A stretch of 64,000 nucleotides of DNA from Octopus sinensis (GCF_006345805.1 NC_042997.1:97030001-97094000), one strand, 5' to 3'; shown: positions 28,509 through 39,564, counted from the stretch's first letter. The notes: generated by a model not told the origin, from the letters alone. Numbers and translations are program-made.

Positions 28509-28644
28509 CTGTGCACCAACCATTCCTTCTTTTAGTCGTGGAATATCGGTTTGTGAAACTTCCCAAACTTTGTCCAAGCTGCTGTTAAAATCGGTTTTAT
28601 TCACTCCAGTATATATACGAATTCTGTATGGTAAATCATTATGC
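28509..28644 (-). CDS. DPEP1: Membrane dipeptidase (peptidase M19, DPEP1-like) coding exon: (G)HNDLPYRIRIYTGVNKTDFNSSLDKVWEVSQTDIPRLKEGMVGAQ
   Basis: Minus strand TTTTGTAG|G CAT AAT GAT ... GCA CAG|GTAAAG; 136 nt, phase 2 to 0. Contains the HND metal-ligand motif and the TDIPRL..G.VGAQ motif of renal dipeptidases. Symbol is family-level, not tested orthology. Confidence 0.93.
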
Positions 28645-29782
28645 CTACAAAAATAAATAAGTGATAAATAAATAATAGTATAAATATGATATAATAATTT
28701 TACTGAAAGATATTCACGCATACTTTGAAAATTTGCATTTATTTTCATAAAAGAACAAAGTATCTATTCCTCCAAAGATAATAATAACTTCAAAAATAGA
28801 AAAGCAGGTGGTTTTAAAAGAAGGCTTAGAAGCTGAAATACTATTAACAACTGAAAGCAATAAATACACACTTTCATGATAAATGGAATAATAAATTGAT
28901 TCTTCTTTTCTACGGGAAAACTTAATTACATTTCGCTATTCGGTGCATTACAATCTTTGAGAAATACTTTTATGATATTTAATTACGACTTTTTTCTGTT
29001 TCCCCGGTTCAAATACTGCTGAGATCAACTTCTCTTTTAATTTCTCCGACCACTTAACTGCTGTAGTCAAATGAAATCCTCCATCGAATACCATACTTTA
29101 TTGTCAGTAAAGCAGCGTGCTTTTGTTAGAAATTAATTTGTTTATTGTTCTAAAAAGACAATGAATTGTCGGCGTCGGTAAAACGTCGAATGTTCATTTT
29201 AGTGTCAATCCTCTACGTCGCATGTTTGAATTTTGCCTCATTCAACTTTGTCGTTCATCTTACTGAGTTTGATAGAACAAAATACTTGTAAAGTACTGGA
29301 GTCGATTTAATTAAACAGCCCCCGCTCCAAAATATTGCTGGTCTTACGCGTAAAACGGTATTTAATTAAATAACACAAGGGATTTTTACTCGTCACTCTA
29401 CCGATTACAATTTCTAACGCTTTTTTACGATATGTACAAGGCTTGAAATTTTGTGGGGAGATGTTAGCTGATTACATCACGACCCCAGTACTCGACTATT
29501 ATTATTAAATCGATATATGAACTATTAGCATTATTATTAATAAATCGATATATGAACTTCGAATGCAAGGTCAAACTGAAGTGTTTGACCCGAACAAAAA
29601 AACATAGTGTAATAGGTGTACAACAACATGTAGTAAACGAATATGAAAAAAAATGCGCGCTCAGGAACGGGGGATGGGGGAGAGGACTCGGAAAATTTAC
29701 ATCATCACCATGACCTTTAAACTCCAGTATTTGACCCGAGCAACAAAAAAAGTTTTAAATAGTGTAAGGTCGACTTGGCCTT

Positions 29783-31436
29783 GGTGAACTGGGCACCAAC
29801 AGTGCCGGCAGCGTCGAGGCAGCCCGATGCTGCTGTCTCTTAAGGTAACCATACCGTGAGGGCGGGCGACCCCGGTACTACCTTGTTGTGGTGAGAAAGT
29901 TTACACCCTTTGAGAGAAGAGCAGTTAGTGATGGCATGTCCAACTCGCGCAGGTCCCTCTCGTACGAGAGTAGCCAAAGGTACCGAACCCCCACCCCCCG
30001 GCTGCCGTGAAACCGGAGCCCCGAGATGTTGTTGGGTCATCTCGAGTCGTGCGATAGCCCACCCCGGAGAATCGGCCACGATCGGGGCACCCGTCGGGTA
30101 CAAGCCGACCAACTAGGCGCCGGCCCGTAACTGGTTGCCGTGGGTCCGCACCGGCGTCGAACCCGGGATAGTACGGTTACCTGGCGACACAGATGGCACC
30201 TCCCCACCCAAGTATACCGGGCGTTTAGGTAAGGTCGTAATCGTAGCCTCTGTTGGTGCAGATCAGTGTGGAGACATACTCCCTGGACGGGTGGTTCGTC
30301 CACGAAAGCCGGACGTCCCGCAATTGTATGTAGACTCTCACTTCACCTGTGGTGGACGGGTGTTAATGTGTAGTCATGTGTTGAAAGCCCCATCAGAAAC
30401 GCGACTTATAGGGTCCCTTCCTTTCGATCACACCAATTATAGCCGCACCCGGGGATGGTTAGATGGATCCGACATGCGCACAGCCACCGACCACCATAAA
30501 ACACTGGGTGATTAGGTGCGGTTATGATACGTGCATCGAGGGGTTTGCAGCCGATCCCGTAGGCGAATGTATTCACCCTTTGGACGCATGATTCCGTCCA
30601 CAAAAGCCGAGGCCCCACTTGACCTCCGCTCAGTCGCCGAAGGCCTACGAAAAATAGGCGGTGGTGCTGCCCACTATAATATACCAGAGCATCCCGATGA
30701 GCGCCAAGTTTCGGATTGAGTGGCTCCGTCCACTATAAAACACCGGGGTGTTGGGGCAGATGACCCTTCTGCTCCGGTCACGCCCTTCATGTCGCACTAG
30801 TTGGGAAGCTCTTTCCTTTGACGGGTGGCACCGCCCACCTTAATACACCGGCACCCCAGGGTCCCCTCCGCCCATTACTGGCCTGCACGGGCGTTAGGAT
30901 TCGGTGCTGGAGAGAGCCACGGTCACCAAAAGTAGGGGCCCTGATGTGCGGCCAATTTTTCCCGGGTCTGCCGTTGGGGTTCCCTACTGCCTCGAAAGCG
31001 ACCTGCACACAGGAGAGGTCAAGCGTCGGAGAGCACCAAGCTCGATCGACCCCTCCTTGTGAGTCCCCCGCTGACACTAGGTTGCAGAGGCGATCATGCA
31101 TCTTAGCCCGCACGTTAGTTGGGCGGCCTGCCAGTAGGCGATGGCGTATCTCTCAAGGCGCGACGGCACCGTCCACGGTTAAAAAAACGGGACCGGCTTC
31201 GACTTATTCGTGTGCGCGTTAGACTCGGCTCTGGTGTATTGCGACATCACCACCCGATGGACAAGGTGCACGTGTAACTATTTGACGTTATGCATCGGGA
31301 AATAACCCACGTTACAAATGGGGATGAGCGCCGCCGCTGTGCCCTGTAGTAGCCGTCTTGGAGACCACAGAGCACCGCTGCGGTACTCTTTCCCTAGAGG
31401 GAAAGAGTGCCTTGCGGTACGTGCAGTTAGCCATAT
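29783..31436 (+). other. Unclassified GC-rich, highly structured, apparently non-coding insertion
   Basis: Hand counts of four sample lines give 45-63% GC against visibly AT-rich flanks. Dense local stems have G-U pairs on the + strand; repeated pseudoknot modules; only short ORFs with no recognisable protein. Confidence 0.75.
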
Positions 31437-31443
31437 GCCTCGT

Positions 31444-32000
31444 CATCTAATTAAGTACATCTAATTAAGTACCAGTGAAACAATGGAAATCGATGTAATT
31501 GACTAAACCCTCGCCAAAAATTTCAGACCTTGTGCCTTTAGTAGAAAGAATAGTTACTGTGTTCGTCCGTCTTAAACGCACTCTGAGTTCAAATTCTGCC
31601 GGGGTTAATTTTGCCTTATTATTGTTAAGGCAACGAGCTCGTAGAATTGGACATTCTGCGTTCAAATGCTGCCGCATTCGACTTTGCCTTTTAACCTTTC
31701 GGCGTCGATAAAACAAGCACCAGTTGACTACTGAGGTTGATTTAATCGACTTATCCCGTCCCCCAAAAGTGCTGGCCTTGCACCAAAATTTGAAAATATT
31801 ATTAATGCGGTGAGCTGGCAGAATCGTTAGCACGCCGGACAAAGTCCTGAGCAGTATTTGTCCATCTTCACGTTCTGAGTTCAAATTTCGCAGACTTTGC
31901 TTTTCATCCTTTCGGGATCATGAAATATGTATCAGTCGGGTACTGGGGTCGTGATGTAATCAGCTAACATCTCCCCACAAAATTTTAAGCCTTGTACCTA
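31444..32000 (+). mobile_element. Cluster of family A SINE pieces (tail at 31444-31550, further copies to about 32000)
   Basis: TAATTAAGTACCAGTG...CCTTGTGCCTTTAGTAGAAAG tail and GAGCTGGCAGAATCGTTAGCACGCCGG heads. Confidence 0.8.
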
Positions 32001-34048
32001 TTGTAAAAAAAGCATCAGAAATTGTAATCGGTAGAGTGACGAGTAAAATTCCTTGTGCTTTTTAATTAAATACCGTTTTGTACTGAGTTCAGATCCTTTT
32101 ATTGTTCGTTCACCTTTCCTCTTTCCGCTACAGCTGTTATCGATATAATCAACCAATTCCCTATGTCTTAATGTGTCAAGGTAAGAAATAAATATTACTC
32201 TGGGGGTGTTACAGAACGAAAAAAAAAGATAGTATACGGGACAACATATCTTATCGTATTTAATGGGGTTTTTTTTCTTTTTGTTCTGAGTTCAAATCCC
32301 TCTGATAAAGACATTTTTTTTATCGTTCTGAGTTTTATGAAAGAAAAACAGTGACGTACTAGAATCTATATAATCATCTATACCTCCAACCAAAATATGA
32401 GAACGTTTATCTATCAATGTTAGAAATTGAAAATTATTGTTGAAAGCAGTAAATGGCAAAACTGATAGAGCGTCAATCAGAAAATGCATTTTACTCCGTT
32501 CTTGTCGAGTGTCAATCAAAAAGAGATAAGAATAATTTAATAACAGTTGAATAATTCTGAAAACTGCAGAACACAAACCATACTTAAGTTGGTAAGTGAA
32601 AAAGTCCTTTAGCATAAATTAGATGGCGATTTACTGACGATGGCGAACATCTATGGTAAACAACTTCGGGTGTGCTTTTGGTCTTTTAAAACCTTAACTT
32701 GGGTATAGTCCATTCACAACCGTCATGCCTTCTCGACGACAAATAGATACAGATTTTTGTGTGAAAATAATTCAGGTATTCCCGTAATTTTATTTTCAGT
32801 AACTGGATTGCTGCCGCGCTGGGGCACTATCAAAAAAGGTTTAGTCGATCGAAGTGATCACAGTCATAACTTTTTATTTTTAGTCTGATAGCTGATCCAT
32901 ACATCACTTTTTGTTGAGCTGTTAAGTTACGGGGGACATAGACACACGCCAGTTGTCGAGTAAGGAGAGACAAACGCAAACACAAATACTTAGATACACA
33001 CACGCAAAGATACAGATACAGACACAAGCACACAAATACAGACATACACACACATACACACACAATCATGGCTGGTTTCTGCACAGTATCCGTCGACCAA
33101 ATTCATTCATAAAAACGGTTTTGTTGTAGATGATACTTCCCCAAGGTGCTACTCTATGGAACGGAACCCGTAATCACATAGATACAAAGATCTTGTTAAC
33201 TACAGCCATACGTGTACCATGCCTCATAAGAGAAATTTAATTAATAATCTTGAAAATTCCATACATTTTATTTTGGTGAGAATGAGCTACACAATCGTCA
33301 TAGAATCCACCTCAATGGAACGTGCCTTGACAAAAGCTAAATGAAAATATTTCCGTTCAAGAATTGAATGAGTTGCACAATGTTACCGTGATATGATGAC
33401 GATTTCTTTCGTAAGCACAGAGCAACTGGTTTTCGTCGAAGAATGAGACAGCGAAAATTTAATGACATTTTGAAAGATAATTAGTTCCATTAATTTGTTA
33501 TTATTTAGCCTCAATTAATTTATCATGGAGTAGAACGCTGAGCATTCCAGCCAAGGCTATCCCGTCATTTATATAGGATTAGTTATATAAGGCTCTATTA
33601 TGTACAGTTCCTTTACGGAAATTAACTGATAGAATCGCTTGCACGACGGACAAAGTGTTTAAGAGTCGATAGTAATCCATCATTTGAATTAGATTCGACC
33701 TCTATTTCTAGCAGATTGAGAGACAACTTAGATGCTACCTTAATGTTGTTGAGTGTGAATAATGGACTTAAGCAATCCAGCTATGACCATTTCATCATTG
33801 TTCAAAGGTACATCATCCATGTCAGCATCATTTTCATTAATCTTTTAAAAAATGATAAAGCATCAGTAATCAACTTAGGGTCCACAAGATAGCACTGGTT
33901 GTCTCTTAGCTGTGTTCAAAATATCAAAAGGCTTTTGTTCAAAATATAGATACAATTATAGTTACATACCTTCCAACTAAGAAATAAAACTGGGAAAATG
34001 AATTTGTTATTACTTTATAAAATCGGCTTGTTGGATATATGGCTTTCA

Positions 34049-34449
34049 CTAAGGCAGTGAGCTGGCAGAATCGTTAGCACGCCGGGCGAAATGCTCAGCG
34101 GTTTTTCGTCTGCCGTTACGTTCCGCCGAGGTCGACTTCGCCTTTCATCCTTTCGGGGTCGATAAATTAAGTACCAGTTACGCACTGGGGTAGATATAAT
34201 CGACTTAATCCGTTTGTCTGTCCTTGTTTGCCCTCGCTGTGTTTAGCCCCTTGTGGGTAGTAAAGAAATAGGTATTTCGTCTGCGGTTACGTTCTGAGTT
34301 CAAATTCCGCCGAGGTCGACTTCGCCTTTCATCCTTTCGGGGTCGATAAAGTACCAGTTACGCACTGGGGTCGATGTAATCGACTTAATCCGTTTGTCTG
34401 TCCTTGTTTGTCCTCTCTATATTTAGCCCCTTGTGGGCAATAAAGAAAT
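34049..34449 (+). mobile_element. Family A SINE with duplicated core and 14-bp TSD
   Basis: ATATATGGCTTTCA at 34035-34048 and 34450-34463; two internal core units. Confidence 0.92.
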
Positions 34450-34904
34450 ATATATGGCTTTCAGAAGCATCGGCTCCGTGGAAAAAATGTTGAGAACCAG
34501 TACAACAGGATACAAATGGAGAGCGGTGTTAACTGATATTTTTAGTAGGTTACATCACAACATAGAGGCTTCAAGATTGTCTTGTAAAGTGAAGTAGTTC
34601 TAACTCATATCATAAGAAAGCTTTCCCTACAAACTTCCATAACATGGTTGTCAATAGAAACATGTGGTTTTGCAACACAGAATTAGAACAAAAGTCTCCG
34701 AAATGCAAGCCTTCAAAAGAATAGAAGATTGTAATAAAATGAGAAAGATAAATGTACGCTATTGACGTTGCTTGATCCCGGGTCTCATTTACATATAAAA
34801 TAAGCAACCTCTATGAAAGTCTATTACAGTTCAGTACCCTCCATCCCAATTCGCTGATGATAATGAAAAGTAAACAAACTCAAAGAAAACCATATATATA
34901 TACT

Positions 34905-35045
34905 ATGGGCTTCTTCCAGCCTCCGTCTGTCAAATCCACTTACAAGGCTTTGGTCGGACTGAGGCTAAAGTAGAAGACTCAAAGTGCCACACAGTGGGAC
35001 TGAACCCTGAACCATGTGATTGGGAAGCAAACTTCTTACCACACC
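34905..35045 (-). mobile_element. tRNA-derived SINE family B fragment
   Basis: Matches the reverse complement of the 59318 element head (GGGCTTCTT...CAAGGCTTTGGTCGG...GGGACTGAACC). Confidence 0.8.
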
Positions 35046-35639
35046 TACACCTACATCTATTTGCAAAAATTCAATTTTTCTGCAAGTTATGAGGAAACAA
35101 AATTTTAGTGATCGGAACACTTGTGTGGGTACGTCGCTTTAAATAATGTTTTGTTTTGAATAAATTTAAGTAGACCAAGATGCGTCAAAAGCTGAAATAC
35201 AAAGACCTTCCTCGTTGTTGTTGTTATTGTGTGTTTGTTTGTGTTATTTGTTTGATTTTTGGTTTTTTTCTTTGTTCAGCTTTTGTTTTCGAAAACTATT
35301 CTTGAAATACATTGTAATTTATTATAAGAATGTCTGTAGGAAAATAGATTTCGCAATGCGAAATTATGAAAAATTTTCAGGTCAGGCAAGCACACTCTTT
35401 GTTTAGTCCCATGTTTCATTTACAAACCAAATAGGCAACATCTCCATAATAGTGTTTTTTGGGGCTCTATGGAGTTGCTATTGTGGTGTCGTTTTTTCTT
35501 TTTATTGTTTTATCTGGCTAAAGGTCGCGGATCATTTGGTCCCTGACAACACAGGAAAAATAAATGTTTAAATTTTGTTTCTATATTATTGACTATCGCA
35601 GTATGCAAGGTGTTTCAACATCATATATGTTTTATATAC

Positions 35640-35995
35640 GGGCGAAATGCATAGCCGTATTTCGTCTGCCGTTACGTTCTGAGTTCAAATTCCGCCGAGG
35701 TCGACTTTGCCTTTCATCCTTTTGGGGTTGATAAATTAACTACCAGTTACGTACTGAGGTCGATATAATCGACTTAATCCATTTGTCTGTCTTTGTCCTC
35801 TCTGTGTTTAGCTCGTTGTGGGTAGTAAAGAGATAGGTATTTCGTTCAAATTCCGCCGAGGTCATCTTCGCCTTTCATCCTTTCGGGGTCGATTAAATAA
35901 GTACTAGTTACGCACTGGGGTCGATGTAATCGACTTAATCCTTTCTCTGTCCTTGCTTGTCCCCTCTATGTTTAGTCTCCTGTGGGCAATAACGA
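35640..35995 (+). mobile_element. 5'-truncated family A SINE with duplicated core
   Basis: Same two-unit layout as 34049-34449. Confidence 0.85.
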
Positions 35996-38900
35996 GATTA
36001 ATATAAAAGTAATTTCCATTTAAGGCTACATAGTTGACTTTTTCACCATGTGGCTTTCTCGCCTTTCTGGAACGTCTTCCTATTCATCGAATTGGTTCAG
36101 CCCTACTTCAAGTAATTCTTATGTCTATGGTTCTCAACTGCTTAAATTGTAAACAAGATGCGCCCGTAAATCACAAGCAGCCTCAAAAAAAAGTTTAAGA
36201 AACATTAGAATCGCTTTTGAACACAGTTAATTCCAAGAAAATCCGAATAATTAACTCAAATTTTTATCGAGCCTCTGCTTTGTGTCAACTCTTGTATCAG
36301 GAATTTGATTTTCATTATCGACCACATAATATTTTATTATTCATGAACTCATTTCGCTGTCTCCGTTCTTTGACTTTTCAAATTTGCACTTATATCTTCT
36401 CTCTGTTGCCAACACAGTTGAGCAAAAAAGATTGATAAAAGCGTTTGAATTGCATCGAAAAGGTCCCCACTAATACAGAATGGTTGGCAGCAGGTACTTC
36501 AACCAAATTGAAAGAATGATTATCACAGATCGAGAATATAGTTAGACTACTACTACTACCACTACTACTACTATAACTACTACTACTACTTTGTGTTGTT
36601 ATTTAACCCCACTGATGATCGGAAGGGTTTCAGACAGGGCCGTTTCGTCTTTTTTATTCATTTATTTATTTATTTTTTAATCTTTCGTGTTTAATACAGT
36701 AATATGTAATTTGATGGAGAGTTTGGAGCTGCTGTTTCTAATAAGTCGAGACACCGTGTAGATGGTTTCTTTTTTCTGTAGTATATTGATAATTGAAGAT
36801 GTTTTACTATCATTTGTCTAACCATGTTTGGTATTTTGATTAAAATATTTTTGCGTGTAGAGGAACTAAAATACCTTGAGGATTTTAATTTTGTGTTTTA
36901 CCATTCTATCCCTTCTACCATATTTTTTAATGATGTCTTACATTTTCCGATGTCCCTTAATCTAAGTCACGTGACTAGTAAACAATGCATGACTAGTAAG
37001 CAATGCAGGGCTACTACATATTTTATGAAACCCTGAAGGACAAAATGCAAAGTCGACTTCAAGTATATTTGGATGACGCTCCCATTTGCGAGTCCGGAAC
37101 CGAATCCAATTCGGACCAAAATTTCACCATTTTATAAATTCCACTGCCTTTGTTGCAAATAAAAATAGCTATTATTGCGAGTTCTTATATATACTAGGCT
37201 ACAAAATTATGAATAAAAGAAATGACAGTGAGACGCCATGTATTTCTCTATGGAACCCAATAATAATTATGATATCGTTTTCTTGCGACCAGAGGTAAAA
37301 CATTAACATTTTAGGGAATGAAATACGGGATGTTGTGGTGTTTCGTGTTTTACTTTAGAACATGAGCATCGTTATAAATACTGGTCTTAACTTGGAGCTG
37401 CAATTAACAAGCCAATTTGTTCAATCTTGACTCTTTTTTTTTCCCCTATGTTCCTCTATAATATTTGTAATACTGGTGAGTTCCCACGCTCGTCTGATGG
37501 TGGAGTAGCCTCTAAACACCTTATCTACTGTAGTTCATCTAGAGCAAATGTTCTCAGTCCATTTTGACCAAAGGTCCCCTTTTGACCCTTGAAGTCACAA
37601 ATGCACCACCCCCCAGAAAATATTTTTATTTTTCAATATACTACTTATTTTGACATCAGCAGATAATGATTAAAAACTAAAGGACGTCATTTTACATATG
37701 CGCTTGCACACAGTCTGGAGTACAGGTGTACAAACTGAAATACAAAAAGACGAAATAATGAATTGAAAATCTGGTAATTGCGTTTATTTCCACCACGCGA
37801 CACTTATGAGATCACCGTGTCGTCTATTGAAAGAATGCTCTTTGGTACAAAAGAGCCCCTTTGCTCCAAAGCGACCCCATTGAGCGCCCCACTCGAGCGC
37901 CCTCCTCGAGCGCCCCCCTCGAGTGCTCCCCTCGAGCGCCTAACCCACCCCCACCCCTGTTGAGAACCTGTGATCTAGAGTAAACAAACAATGAGAATTC
38001 AGTGTTTCCTGCTAAATTATATTTACATAACTGAAAGATAACAAAAAGGACTCGTCAGCTTTATAATTTTGTAACTTCCACATGCTCACAACAGTGGATT
38101 GTTCTTGCTTTATGATACCAGTTTACAGTAAAGAGGACCAATAATTTCGTGAGTTTACTGTACGATTGATAGGGGACGAGACTGTATTCTCTCCGCTTGT
38201 TTCCCAGTATACTACTGAGCTATCCAAGTTACAGTTTCCAGTTTCAAACAGAATAATTCTTTGTACCTTTCATCGTTTGCATTGGGAAAAATAGAAAAGA
38301 CAAAATAGATGCAAAGGTAAAAATTTATAACCACATGTGATCAACATCACTTATTAAATATTTCAAATGCTTTATTCATTTCTTCCTTTCGCATCTAACT
38401 GTAACGTATATTTTATGAAGGAGAAATAAGCTTTTGCAATATTTATTTTCCTATTTTAGAATACCATTCGACTTCAATAGAATCTACTTGTTGAAGTTTA
38501 AGTTATACACAGTCAAAGAAAATTAACATTTTGTTTTATTATGAATGTAAATGAGTAAAATATTACATTTCATCACAGAGTCGCTAGTAAACGAGTAAAA
38601 TCGATGCCCATAAAGAACTCACACTAAATTTAGTTATCATGTACAAGAGTTATAGGCAGCATCGCAATGAAATAAACTTGCGATGTATCTATATTATTAA
38701 TGTTTTTCTACATACCATAGCGACAAGAAAATTAGCATTTTTAAAATATCATGTATCATTACAGAGTCGTTCATGAATGAGTAAAATGCGCAAGTCACGG
38801 TCACAACATGAACTTACTCACTAGCAATCATACTTCAGCTGGTCCACGAGCAAAGCTGACAGAGTTGCCTTGGGTTGTAGTCATAAAGCTCAATATTGGT

Positions 38901-39216
38901 GGGATTTCTCCTTGCTTCCTCAACGTTCCATAAATTCTGCATGTAATTCTATCAAATATTTTTTACTTATACTGAGCACGTGTGCTTTATAATAGCGAGC
39001 TGTACCTGCACATACAACCTGCGTAAACAAGTAGTATGTTCCAGTACAGTTACTCTTAACACAAATGAAACCCAGTCAAGTGGAGTGAGGATAGTCATAG
39101 AAACTGAGCTCTGTTATGTGCTTGATCAGGTAAACCCGTTGTTGACACCACAGCTAATAATCACACTCCCTTAATAACTAAGATAAGCCATCTCATATAT
39201 ATATATATATATATAT

Positions 39217-39564
39217 AAATTAGAGATAAAACCACTACTAGGCAAATCAAACAATGAAAAACATAAACCAAAACATTAAAATAAATATAATTAATATAAT
39301 ATACAAAATATATAAAATATAAAATTTAATATTTAAGTTATTTAAATTTAAAATTTTAAATTTATATTTATAAATTTTTATATTTTTTAAATATTTTTTA
39401 AATTTTAAATTAATAATTTTTTTTATTTTTTATATATATAACTATCAAAAAGTATTAAAAAGTTTAATATATTTTGTATATTATATTAATTTATGTTTAT
39501 TTTTATGTTTTGGTTTATGTTTTTCATTGTTTGATTTGCCTAATAGTGGTTTTATCTCTAATTT
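39217..39564. mobile_element. AT-rich fold-back element beside (TA)n
   Basis: AAATTAGAGATAAAACCACTA(C/T)TAGGCAAATCAAACAATGAAAAACATAAACCAAAACAT arms, about 60 bp nearly identical and about 95 bp similar. A short copy of the arm lies at about 63542-63568. Confidence 0.85.

Noticed and set aside
30141-30166. Minus-strand CCCGGGTTCGACGCCGGTGCGGACCCA resembling a tRNA 3' half ending in CCA
   Set aside because: The T-stem is mismatched and there is no complementary 5' acceptor strand or D arm upstream.
30315-30325. Minus-strand AATTGCGGGAC resembling a group I intron P element
   Set aside because: No matching R/S (P7) elements found, and it is on the disfavoured strand.
30785-30797. Minus-strand GTGCGACATGAAG resembling a group IIB intron 5' end
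   Set aside because: No convincing domain V/VI downstream, and G-U polarity favours the + strand.
29852-31137. rRNA-like words in the island (TACCGTGAGGG 29852-62, LSU-like; CCTGCCAGTAG 31127-37, 18S-like)
   Set aside because: They are isolated 11-mers from different rRNAs, not collinear, and the universally conserved cores are absent.
29840-31222. Short ORFs (62-134 aa) on both strands of the GC island
   Set aside because: No recognisable motifs; lengths are as expected for GC-rich non-coding sequence; frames are interrupted by stops.
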